The position numbers were made by a program, and so were the translations under genes. Positions 9,795-18,200 of a DNA stretch of 64,000 nt are shown piece by piece. The notes below the pieces were generated by a model, which had not been told where the DNA came from, ran no database searches, and was given only the letters and a program-made list of their open reading frames with translations. Each line of letters begins with the position of its first letter. Position 1 is the first letter of the stretch. The stretch comes from an uncultured delta proteobacterium (lineage in GTDB: Bacteria > Bdellovibrionota > FAC87 > UBA2466): NCBI GenBank assembly GCA_963778115.1, contig CAVZSV010000004.1:768001-832000 (forward strand). The letters run 5' to 3'.

Positions 9795-10982
9795 TTAATG
9801 ACCGAAGCCCATGGTGGAGCCTGGCATGCCACTTCCAAAACCCATCCCCATACCAAAACCTCCGCTGTGTCCGCCGAATCCTCCTCCTACTCCGCCAATA
9901 GGATTAGAGGGAGGTTGCTGACCAAAAGGAGTTTCCGTTCTGGTGAGCTCTCGGGCGGCTTGAGTGCGTAGGTTTCTGACCTCGTTCTCAACAAAGACAT
10001 CCGATGCTTGCTTGAGAGGATTTTGAATCTCGGTCTTGAAAGCATCCAAATTATCCATCGATTTTTCCCACGTCGGATCGGAAGGGATGGGTATGGTAAG
10101 TCCGTCAACTCCAAACGATTCGACTAGCATGAGCCGTTCGAACTTGGGTTGCATCTTTGCTTTGAAATCTTTCAGAACAGCATTTTGTTCAGCGACGGTT
10201 TTTTTAATTCCCTCAGGCGAATGGTTTCCTTGAAAACTAGCCAGAAAATCCGAAATATCTTTTATGAGAGAGTCGCGTATGCGGCCTTTCAGGACACGGC
10301 CTATCCATTCGTAAGTCTGGGAATGCGGTCCATAAGTCATTCGCGCTAGTGCCGCGGCGTTGGGTTCGCTTAGCATGAGCGCCAGACCTTTCTTACTTTC
10401 TTCCGTACCACTAAAGACGTCCCCATTTCGGAATCCCGAAACTAAGGAGCGTAAAAGCGCATTCTGTTCCGCGGCTTTCTTCGGATCCTTCCCTTCGGTA
10501 TCTAGCTTAGCGATGGCTTTCTCGGCCCACTCGTCATGTTTCACGCCAAGCTTTACCCAAGGCAAAAGATTAGAATCGGCATTCACCCCTTGAGAAGGAT
10601 CAAATTTGCGCTTCTGGACTTCTTCTTCGCGTTTTCCATTCCAACTTTTGCCACCCCCTGACCCCGATCCAGATCCGCCCATACCACCATGAGAACCTCG
10701 GTCGGTCCGCAAACCTTGCTGGTCTCGAAATATCGGGGTCACTAAGTCTTTAATTCGCTTGTTCTCTGCTTTGATGGCCCTAAGAGCGGATTCACCTTCC
10801 TCCGGATCCAATTCAGCGGCGGCTTTGGCTTCATCCATCGCACTCTGTCGCGCCTTCGCCGCGGCTTCTTGATAGATTTTGACAGCATCGTTTAAAGTCG
10901 GCTGTTCACCAAACGCCGACACTGAGAGTAAAGAGCTAACACCTAGAAACAGACTGGCCGAGAGAAAATAAATCTTTTTCAA
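9795..10982 (-). CDS. Secreted hypothetical protein with Gly-rich segments, paralog of 8313..9740
   Basis: TTG start with G-rich SD, signal peptide MKKIYFLSASLFLGVSSLLSVSAFG, shared FERxxLVxxFGVDGL..SDP and NEVR motifs. Confidence 0.75.
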   Translation of the reverse strand: MKKIYFLSASLFLGVSSLLSVSAFGEQPTLNDAVKIYQEAAAKARQSAMDEAKAAAELDPEEGESALRAIKAENKRIKDLVTPIFRDQQGLRTDRGSHGGMGGSGSGSGGGKSWNGKREEEVQKRKFDPSQGVNADSNLLPWVKLGVKHDEWAEKAIAKLDTEGKDPKKAAEQNALLRSLVSGFRNGDVFSGTEESKKGLALMLSEPNAAALARMTYGPHSQTYEWIGRVLKGRIRDSLIKDISDFLASFQGNHSPEGIKKTVAEQNAVLKDFKAKMQPKFERLMLVESFGVDGLTIPIPSDPTWEKSMDNLDAFKTEIQNPLKQASDVFVENEVRNLRTQAARELTRTETPFGQQPPSNPIGGVGGGFGGHSGGFGMGMGFGSGMPGSTMGFGH

Positions 10983-11019
10983 AGTACCCCCCTAACGAAG
11001 ACTGGACACCTGGGGATAG

Positions 11020-11035
11020 TGCAATTGATCGGCCA
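11020..11035 (-). promoter_or_regulatory. sigma54 (-24/-12) promoter
   Basis: TGGCCGATCAATTGCA: GG-N10-GC with TTGCA, about 40 nt upstream of start 10982. Confidence 0.6.
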
Positions 11036-11329
11036 TAGAGAAGAGAGCCTACTAGATTGTGTTTAGGAAAAAACTTAGGTCGCGCACTCTAAGAATGCTT
11101 GGCGGAAGTAGTGAATGTTACGTGAGTATGCGCGGTTTGAACCGAAGTTGTCTAGGTGTCTACCGCGTAGACAAGATTGTGTCAGTCGCCTTTACGCCTG
11201 GCTCGAATTGGAAGGCTCTTTCGCGTACTTACAAGCCTTGCTCCCCAAACGCCAAAAAACCGTAAGCCCCCGAACCTAAGATCCGCAGAAGAAAAGAAGA
11301 ATCCAAGAGACGCCACCGAGATTTCACGT

Positions 11330-11941
11330 CCCAAAAGACCTCGCTGTCCATCATAACGGTCGTGGACAAAAGAAAGCTCGTGCCTCCATCCCCGAGACAC
11401 GCAGCGAGTGGATCGAGAAGGCAAAGACATTAAGACAACACGACCTCGAACGGGAAGTAAGAGAGGAAAATCCTCAAGGCCATGTTAGAGAGAATATCAA
11501 ACCTGTCGCTAAGGCCCTGTCAGAACTCCGCTGCGGAGTAGAAGCCACGACCGAGCTGATATAAAACGACTTACCGATATCAGGTCCCAAAAGCTGCAAA
11601 GGGCTGCTACATTGAAAGAGGTCATTGCGTGGGCGACTTCGGTATGTCGTGAGAAATTCGATCCGGAGCGAAAGGCCCAAAGGGCAAAGAAATTGCTTCC
11701 TAGGAAACAACCTGAGCCAGGACGCCATCCGATCCCAGATTCGGTCAAACATAAGGTAGTCCAGCGGATTGGCTATCAATGTGCTCACTATAGCTCTGAT
11801 GGAAGACGCTGCCAGGAAAAAAGGTGGGTTCAATTTCATCCCATCATCCAAGTCAAAGAGGGAGGACTTAATACGGCTGAAAACCTGACACTATTATGTG
11901 CTAACCATCATGCCTTGCGCCACCGAAAGTCCCGCTTTTGA
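11330..11941 (+). pseudogene. Degraded HNH endonuclease gene
   Basis: Pieces in different frames: SLSIITVVDKRKL; SEWIEKAKTLRQHDLEREV..VRENIKPV; then ..KFDPERKAQR..YQC..GRRC..FHPII..GGLNTAENLTLLCANHHALRH. Frameshift near 11555 and HH changed to HP. Confidence 0.65.
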
Positions 11942-12001
11942 ATCGCAACCAGATGCCTCAAACCTTGAGGAGATAAACCCGGTATCGGCCCTAACCCTAG
12001 C

Positions 12002-12030
12002 TTGCAGTCCCGAAGCCAGTTGGCTATGTT
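12002..12030 (+). promoter_or_regulatory. sigma70-like promoter of pyrF (leaderless geometry)
   Basis: TTGCAG-N17-TATGTT, with ATG 12036 five nt later and no SD. Confidence 0.35.
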
Positions 12031-12035
12031 TAGCC

Positions 12036-12746
12036 ATGCTTTTGAAAGACCGAATTATTGTCGCTTTGGATACGCCGTCGATAGAGGCGACCATTCCTTT
12101 TATTCGTCAACTTTCGCCCTACGTTTCCTGCTTTAAAATTGGCCTTGAGCTAATGACCTCCGTCGGCGCACCCGCCGCCGTTCGTGAGATTCACGAATTA
12201 GGCGGATTCATCTTTTTTGACGGGAAATTCAACGATATTCCCAATACGATTGCGGGCGCTTCTCGCGCGGTTGCGGCACTCAAAGTGAAAATGTTCGATG
12301 TCCACGCCGCTTCTGGAGTCGAAGGCATGCGGGCCGCCGTTGCGAATAAGGGAAAGAGCCAAGTCATTGCCGTCACGGTTCTGACCTCCATCGATGAAAC
12401 CGGTTGCCAGCATGTGTTTGGCGATAGCACTCAAAAGAAAGTTTTGCAGTTCGCCCACGACGCTCTGTCGGCGGGTATGGATGGCATTGTTTGCTCTCCG
12501 CAAGAACTTAGGTGGCTGGGACAAGACACTGCACTTAAATCTCTTATTCGCTTAACGCCAGGGGTGCGCCCCGCGTGGGCGGGGAAAGGAGATCAGAAAC
12601 GAGTCCTTACTCCCAAAGAAGCCATTGAACTGGGAGCGACGTGTCTAGTCATCGGTCGCCCCATCACTCAACCTCCTCCCGAAATAGGCTCACCGGTAGA
12701 TGCCGTCAAAAAGATTTGGGATGAGATAGCAGAGGTGGCAAAATGA
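12036..12746 (+). CDS. pyrF: Orotidine-5'-phosphate decarboxylase
   Basis: IIVALD, FKIG, DGKFNDIPNT, VTVLTS, TPGVRP, GDQKR, VIGRPIT. Start trimmed to MLLKDR. Confidence 0.96.
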   Translation: MLLKDRIIVALDTPSIEATIPFIRQLSPYVSCFKIGLELMTSVGAPAAVREIHELGGFIFFDGKFNDIPNTIAGASRAVAALKVKMFDVHAASGVEGMRAAVANKGKSQVIAVTVLTSIDETGCQHVFGDSTQKKVLQFAHDALSAGMDGIVCSPQELRWLGQDTALKSLIRLTPGVRPAWAGKGDQKRVLTPKEAIELGATCLVIGRPITQPPPEIGSPVDAVKKIWDEIAEVAK

Positions 12747-13375
12747 TGACCGATGCCACTTTACTGCCAACCCTCGAAAAGGTGGGAGCGCTGCTAAAGA
12801 GCTCCCATATTGTCTATACTTCGGGAAAACATGGAGAGAGTTACGTCAATAAAGACGCTCTTTATCCCCATACCGCCCTCACTTCACAGCTATGTGAAAC
12901 TATCGCTACTCACTTTGCGAAAGAAAAACCGGATGTGGTGGCCGCGCCGGCATTAGGAGGTATCATCTTATCGCAATGGACAGCCCATCATCTAAGTCGT
13001 CTTTGTGGTAGAGAGGTCTTAAGTGTTTACGGCGAAAAACTGCCTGATGGAGGATTTGTTATTAAGCGTGGTTATGACGAAATCGTCGCCAATCGAAAGA
13101 TTGTCGTCGTTGAAGATGTCCTTACCACGGGCGGCTCCGTTAAAAAGATGGTGGAGGTCGTTCGAAGTCTCAAAGGCAACGTTATCGGTGTCGGTGCCCT
13201 GTGCAACCGAGGCGGATTAGCCGCCGAGTCTTTGGGAGTTCCCGATTTCTTTCCCCTGGTAACGCTCGATCTGCAATCTTGGGAAGCGTCTCAGTGTCCC
13301 CTCTGTGAAAAGAAAATCCCTATTAATACGCAAGTGGGAAAAGGACGAGAGTTTTTAGCCTCTCAAAAGCGCTAA
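12743..13375 (+). CDS. pyrE: Orotate phosphoribosyltransferase
   Basis: TSGKH, VVEDVLTTGGS PRPP loop, ATGA-coupled to pyrF. Confidence 0.9.
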   Translation: MMTDATLLPTLEKVGALLKSSHIVYTSGKHGESYVNKDALYPHTALTSQLCETIATHFAKEKPDVVAAPALGGIILSQWTAHHLSRLCGREVLSVYGEKLPDGGFVIKRGYDEIVANRKIVVVEDVLTTGGSVKKMVEVVRSLKGNVIGVGALCNRGGLAAESLGVPDFFPLVTLDLQSWEASQCPLCEKKIPINTQVGKGREFLASQKR

Positions 13376-13752
13376 AACTCTGCGCGCAAACCGTGAATGA
13401 CAAGCAGGGCCCAACCAATCAAAAAAGCAACTCCGCCCAAAGGAGTTACGGCTCCCCACATTTTCACTTTCGTAAGCGCCAGAAGATAGAGACTTCCGGA
13501 AAAGACGACAATACCGATCACAAAAGCAACGCCTGCGGCTCTCAATAGCGGACTGGGAGAACGGGAGATCCCAAACGCCACTAACCCTAACGCAAGAGAA
13601 TGGTACATTTGATATTCCACACCCGTTTTGAAAATCGAAAGAAAGTAGTCGTCTAGTCTCGTTTTTAGAAAGTGCGCGCCGAAAGCACCGAAGGCGACCG
13701 ATAAAAAACCACCCAGGGCCGAGAGCGAAAAAAAGGTTTTGGCGATGTTCAT
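13372..13752 (-). CDS. DUF423 family membrane protein
   Basis: GAFGAH, YQMYHSLAL, FSGSLY, TPLGG..GW. Confidence 0.9.
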   Translation of the reverse strand: MNIAKTFFSLSALGGFLSVAFGAFGAHFLKTRLDDYFLSIFKTGVEYQMYHSLALGLVAFGISRSPSPLLRAAGVAFVIGIVVFSGSLYLLALTKVKMWGAVTPLGGVAFLIGWALLVIHGLRAEF

Positions 13753-13948
13753 GTCTTCTCTTACGCCGCCATGTAAATAATTTCAAGAGATTAGCTCTCA
13801 CATTGGTAAGGGATTCCAAGGGGTTAACCTCGCCTTCTAAGATGGTGGAAGGCCCTAGATAGCTTCACAATTGCTTGAATTTTAAGGCTTACGCTAATAC
13901 GGAGCGTAGATTGGCCCAATTTCTTTTGGGCTCTTTAGGGGTAAGAAC

Positions 13949-15856
13949 GTGAAAAGGCGGGGGGAAAAAAGTAGACCTATTTTCGTATCGATCAGGATCC
14001 TCCTGTTCGGCCTATTTGCTATGGCAACCTCCCTATCCTTTTCCCAAACACCTGTTTTTGGAGATCCCAGACTCTGTCCGTCTCGACACCCCGTCCAAAA
14101 CGCCTGTGCTAACCGTTCCTTTACCCTTTCTAGTTTGTTCACCCAGAAAGAGGGGTTTGGCCTTGCGGACAAGGGCTTTACAAAATCCGATCGGTGCAAA
14201 ATGTGGTGGTGGGCAAGTGAAGTGCATCACTGGAATTACCCGCCCCTCACTGAATGGGCGGAAGACGCTCAAGATGCTTTAATGAGCAGCGGAGATCCCA
14301 AAGATGCTTCCGCACTCTTAGGACCAGCACCCGAAGCTCCTCACTCCAAGCTCGTCTCTAGCCCCGAACCTTCGTCGAGCTGTGAATTCGCCATGGGCCC
14401 TCAGTCACAAGATCTGGTGGATATTTTGCGTACCTTGGATTTTGGTCAGCTCCACAGCCGCGACATCCGTGAACTGGTCGATCATTGTATTGCGTTCGAA
14501 GTCGCTGCCACTACCTGGAAACGGATGGAAGGCAACGTGATCGAGGCCTTCCTGCTTCCTGTGGGCGATATCAATATCGTCATCTTCGGTCAGACCACTT
14601 TTAAGCCGATAGAAACTATCGAGGCCGGAGTTGCCGGAACCGTTCCCGACGGAAAAATTTCTTATAGAGCCATCGGAACTTGTTCAGTGGGAGAAAATCC
14701 GAAATTCTGCGTTGAAGACTTCATGCACGCCGATTCGATTAGCCCGCTAACCTCCGACAGAGAGTTCCACCATGAATTTAAAGTCGGCCCCTACCGAACC
14801 GATCTAGACGGACTTCTAGACAACCGCTGGCCACAGACCAGAAAAGTTGACCTGCGATTTGATGAAAACGGCAAGCTCGCCTTCTATCCTGAATGGGATT
14901 CCGACGACTCCAGCAGTAGTTTTCGGTCGCATCCGCTTCGCGTGAGTCTTTACCAAGGACACCTGGCTTTAGTGACCAACGAAAAGCAGTGCACCGAATA
15001 CGGCGCCACCGCCACAACGGAAGTCTATCTACGACCGCTTGCTTTCGGAGATGTTTTAGACAAACTCTATTCGAAAGAGTTGATGTATGAGCCAAAGGAT
15101 TTTCCGGCTCCCAACACCTCCAAGCAACCCGACTCCGCTGTCGAAAGAGGCTGCAATAACAGTAAAAGTTATTCGCTTTGGGCATCTGAAGAGGCTAATG
15201 CGGCTCTGCATATGGCCCACCACAACTTGCCGTTCGATAACCTCTACCATGCGATAGCCGCCGATAGACGCCTCTGGAAAGTGAATGGCGACCGCCCCGG
15301 CCGATCGCGAACTGATGCCGTCACAGGGAATTGGCGCACGAAGCCCGAAGAGACCGCGCTCCCCATTTCCGATGATTTCGAAACGCAAGCCAGAAACTAC
15401 GTCCAAGGTTCGAGAACCGAGGCTTCCGACAGCGATATGCTTTATCGTTTGACGACGATAGACGGTGTTGAAGCGAATGAAGTCTGGTACTACAAAAAGC
15501 CTCAAGCCCCGTCGGGCGCGATAATGGGAACGAAAAGCCATGTCATCATCCGCCATCTAGCGGAGTTCAATGATATCTATGCCTCTTCGGTCATTGGTCG
15601 TTTGGTTGAAGTTTACACTCGTTGTGCCAATACCTCTCTTCAGAAGAAAGAGTTTCTGGCGGCCATGTACTCCCTCTTCAATGCCGTTCCTCTTGAAGGC
15701 GGAGAATCCGTAGTGGGGAAAGTATTTATGGCGGTGACTTACGAAAGAATCTTCGGCCACAAATTAAATTCAATGCACCATCTTTCTGATATCGATATGG
15801 ACGCGTTGACGATGACCCGAGACGACTTCCAAAACCGATACCTTCCTCTTTTATAA
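13949..15856 (+). CDS. Secreted hypothetical protein with putative degenerate C-terminal Fido (AvrB-like) domain
   Basis: N-terminal signal-like segment; C-terminal NAVPLEGGESVVGKVF and DIDMDALTMTRDDFQNRY. Confidence 0.6.
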   Translation: MKRRGEKSRPIFVSIRILLFGLFAMATSLSFSQTPVFGDPRLCPSRHPVQNACANRSFTLSSLFTQKEGFGLADKGFTKSDRCKMWWWASEVHHWNYPPLTEWAEDAQDALMSSGDPKDASALLGPAPEAPHSKLVSSPEPSSSCEFAMGPQSQDLVDILRTLDFGQLHSRDIRELVDHCIAFEVAATTWKRMEGNVIEAFLLPVGDINIVIFGQTTFKPIETIEAGVAGTVPDGKISYRAIGTCSVGENPKFCVEDFMHADSISPLTSDREFHHEFKVGPYRTDLDGLLDNRWPQTRKVDLRFDENGKLAFYPEWDSDDSSSSFRSHPLRVSLYQGHLALVTNEKQCTEYGATATTEVYLRPLAFGDVLDKLYSKELMYEPKDFPAPNTSKQPDSAVERGCNNSKSYSLWASEEANAALHMAHHNLPFDNLYHAIAADRRLWKVNGDRPGRSRTDAVTGNWRTKPEETALPISDDFETQARNYVQGSRTEASDSDMLYRLTTIDGVEANEVWYYKKPQAPSGAIMGTKSHVIIRHLAEFNDIYASSVIGRLVEVYTRCANTSLQKKEFLAAMYSLFNAVPLEGGESVVGKVFMAVTYERIFGHKLNSMHHLSDIDMDALTMTRDDFQNRYLPLL

Positions 15857-16150
15857 AGGTGCGGCCGGAGAAGGCTTAGGCGCCAAATCACGAAACCGGC
15901 TGCTAATCACCTCGCTCTTCCCTTGAAGCGCTTCGTCGTGAGCAAGCTCAATTCGAAAGCCGTCTACGATCTCTATCTGCTGAAGTCCGTCGACGTGCAT
16001 TTTCTTTAAGGCAAACTTTTCGTTCTGTTTGACCTTAACCCGAGCCTCGGCAAAGTCGTGCGCCACCACAAAAAAATTGGTGTGCCCTTCATAGACCCCG
16101 TCACCGACTTCGGGATCGTAAAATCCGCAGTGAACTAAAAAGAGTTTCAT
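15851..16150 (-). CDS. DUF1543-like small protein
   Basis: MKLFLVHCGFYD..EGH.NFFVVA, MHVDG..I..VDG; GGAGG SD. Confidence 0.75.
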   Translation of the reverse strand: MKLFLVHCGFYDPEVGDGVYEGHTNFFVVAHDFAEARVKVKQNEKFALKKMHVDGLQQIEIVDGFRIELAHDEALQGKSEVISSRFRDLAPKPSPAAPL

Positions 16151-16258
16151 GGATTACCTCCGCAGCTTAAAACCTACCCTAGCCGGAATTAGCTTTCAAT
16201 GAGGTGCCTTTACAGGTTTCTCCAAGGCCGTTATCTCCCTAGATAACGTAGACCACTA

Positions 16259-16290
16259 TCATTGCGAGGAGCACCTCGACGAAGCAATCT
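16259..16290. repeat. REP-like palindromic element (single arm)
   Basis: TCATTGCGAGGAGCACCTCGACGAAGCAATCT forms a hairpin of the TCATTGCGAG..GAAGCAATC type. Confidence 0.5.
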
Positions 16291-16322
16291 TGGTGCACCA
16301 GGGCCGCCATGCACTTACGCCG

Positions 16323-16364
16323 CTTTATCCTTTATCCTTGCCCCTTAATCCTTTATCCTTGACT
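16323..16364. repeat. Six tandem degenerate heptamers (CTTTATC consensus)
   Basis: CTTTATC CTTTATC CTTGCCC CTTAATC CTTTATC CTTGACT, ending 4 nt before the LysR ATG. Confidence 0.7.
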
Positions 16365-16368
16365 GCTA

Positions 16369-17259
16369 ATGGACACCAACCGCCTGCGTTATTTCTGTAC
16401 GGTCGCCCGAACCGAGAATATCCACCGGGCTTCCGAGATGCTAAGGCTCTCCCCTGCGGCACTATCTAAGTCTATAAAAATTCTGGAGGACGAATTAGGC
16501 ATTCCCCTATTGGTTCCCTCGGGACGCGGAATCAAGGTGACTGAGGCAGGAAGAAAATTTGCGGTACGGGCCGAGCAGTTGCTTAGTGAATTTGAGGCGC
16601 TGGAAGCTTCTGCCAGAGAGATGTCCGCCTCTAGAAAAATAATTAGGCTAGCCTCTTTCGAAGTGTTTACGACCCACTTTCTAGGACCTTTAGTAAGTGA
16701 GTTCTTTAAAGACGAAGAGTTAACTCTTCACGAACTGACTCCAGGGATACTAGAACAATCCATCGTCGACCATTTTACTGACGTGGGAATTACCTACCTT
16801 CCAATTGCGCGCGCGGGACTTGATTTTTTGAAAGTTACCCAAATCGAAATGGCGGTATTTGGAATAAAAGGGGCCTTTCAAGGCGTTCCCTGGAATGAAC
16901 TTCCGTTTGCTGTCCCGGTCACCCCGCTCCAGGGCACTCCTACTAAAGTGGCCGGTCTCGACGGATGGCCTGACCATATTTTCCAGAGAAAAGCGAAGTA
17001 CCGGGTCACTATGATGGAGTCGGCATTAGAATTAAGTCGAATAGGATCGGCCGTGGTTTACTTGCCGAAATTTGTGGCTAGGCTTCATAATCGCAAAGCA
17101 AAAGAAGCGTTTCAATTGTATCCTCTGTCGCTTTCCGTCACCCTCCCCACGAAATATGTGCAACAGCCTGTATTTATCGTGAAACGGCAATTGGAAGTGG
17201 AAAGTGATCTCATTAAGCGTCTTGCTAGAAGCTTAAGGGAGGTCTGTCATGCTAAGTAA
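16369..17259 (+). CDS. LysR family transcriptional regulator
   Basis: N-terminal HTH: LRYF..RASEMLRLSPAALSKSIKILEDELG..LL..GRGIKVTEAG; 296 aa. Confidence 0.93.
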   Translation: MDTNRLRYFCTVARTENIHRASEMLRLSPAALSKSIKILEDELGIPLLVPSGRGIKVTEAGRKFAVRAEQLLSEFEALEASAREMSASRKIIRLASFEVFTTHFLGPLVSEFFKDEELTLHELTPGILEQSIVDHFTDVGITYLPIARAGLDFLKVTQIEMAVFGIKGAFQGVPWNELPFAVPVTPLQGTPTKVAGLDGWPDHIFQRKAKYRVTMMESALELSRIGSAVVYLPKFVARLHNRKAKEAFQLYPLSLSVTLPTKYVQQPVFIVKRQLEVESDLIKRLARSLREVCHAK

Positions 17260-18200
17260 AAGACCGCAAACTTTTTCGCGCCGTCCGTCCAAACCTGCTC
17301 GGGAATAAAGCCAGCCTCACTCGCCAAATTCGAAAAGCTCTGGATCGTATACTTGTGCGAGTTTTCAGTATGAATTGTCTCGCCCTCACGAAAGAAGATC
17401 TCGTATCCCGCCACTACCACGGTTTGAGGACGACGACTCACTAAATGCATTTCGATTCTTCCACAGGCTTCGTTGTAAAAAGCGTAATGTTCGAAATCGG
17501 TGAGTTGGAAATTGGCCCCCATGTCGCGATTTAGCCTTCGAAGTAAGTTCTTATTAAACTGCTCGGTAAATCCCTGGGCGTCGTTATAAGCGGCTTCCAA
17601 TACCGTCTTTGACTTTTGAAGATCGATCCCGATAAGAAGTGCCCCATGCTTCCCCGCTAAAGATCGTGTTCTTTTGAGAAGTGAGATGGCTTCGGCTTGC
17701 TCAAGATTTCCTATTGTGGATCCCGGGAAGAAAAAGACTCTGCGTTCCGGGGAAGCCGAAACGGTTCTTGGTAGCTCAAAAGGCATCGTATAATCCACGC
17801 ATATGGGCAAGATGGAAAGACGCGGAAATTGTTCTCTTAGCCTGTCCACTACCTCTTCCAAATACTGTCGAGAGATGTCGATAGGAAGATACGCCGCAAG
17901 ACTAGGAAGTGAGCTCAATAAAATCCTTGTTTTTAGTCCACTGCCACTACCGTACTCAACCAGCTGAACTCTAGGTCCAAGGACTCCAACGATCTCATCG
18001 ATATTATCGCGTAAAATACCCAATTCCGTTCGGGTCTGGTAATACTCATCAAGCCCGCAGATGGCGTCAAACAGCTCGGAACCCCTTTTATCGTAAAACA
18101 GTTTTGAAGGAAGCGATTTTTCCGAAGTTAATAGCCCCTCCAGCACTTCGTCCACACAACTAACCGACAGGCCGGCTTCAAAATGGGGAATTCTCTTCAT
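17247..18200 (-). CDS. egtD: L-histidine N-alpha-trimethyltransferase
   Basis: LPSKLFYD..GSELF..I..LDEYYQTRTE, EYGSGS, FPGSTIGN, AYND..G.T..FN, TENSHKY; ATGA overlap with egtB. Confidence 0.95.
   Translation of the reverse strand: MKRIPHFEAGLSVSCVDEVLEGLLTSEKSLPSKLFYDKRGSELFDAICGLDEYYQTRTELGILRDNIDEIVGVLGPRVQLVEYGSGSGLKTRILLSSLPSLAAYLPIDISRQYLEEVVDRLREQFPRLSILPICVDYTMPFELPRTVSASPERRVFFFPGSTIGNLEQAEAISLLKRTRSLAGKHGALLIGIDLQKSKTVLEAAYNDAQGFTEQFNKNLLRRLNRDMGANFQLTDFEHYAFYNEACGRIEMHLVSRRPQTVVVAGYEIFFREGETIHTENSHKYTIQSFSNLASEAGFIPEQVWTDGAKKFAVFYLA

Noticed and set aside
11182..11851. Short minus-strand ORFs (82, 125 and 79 aa)
   Set aside because: Shadows of the plus-strand HNH remnant.
11898..12035. 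46-aa N-terminal extension of PyrF
   Set aside because: It overlaps the HNH remnant and the promoter match; homology begins at MLLKDR.
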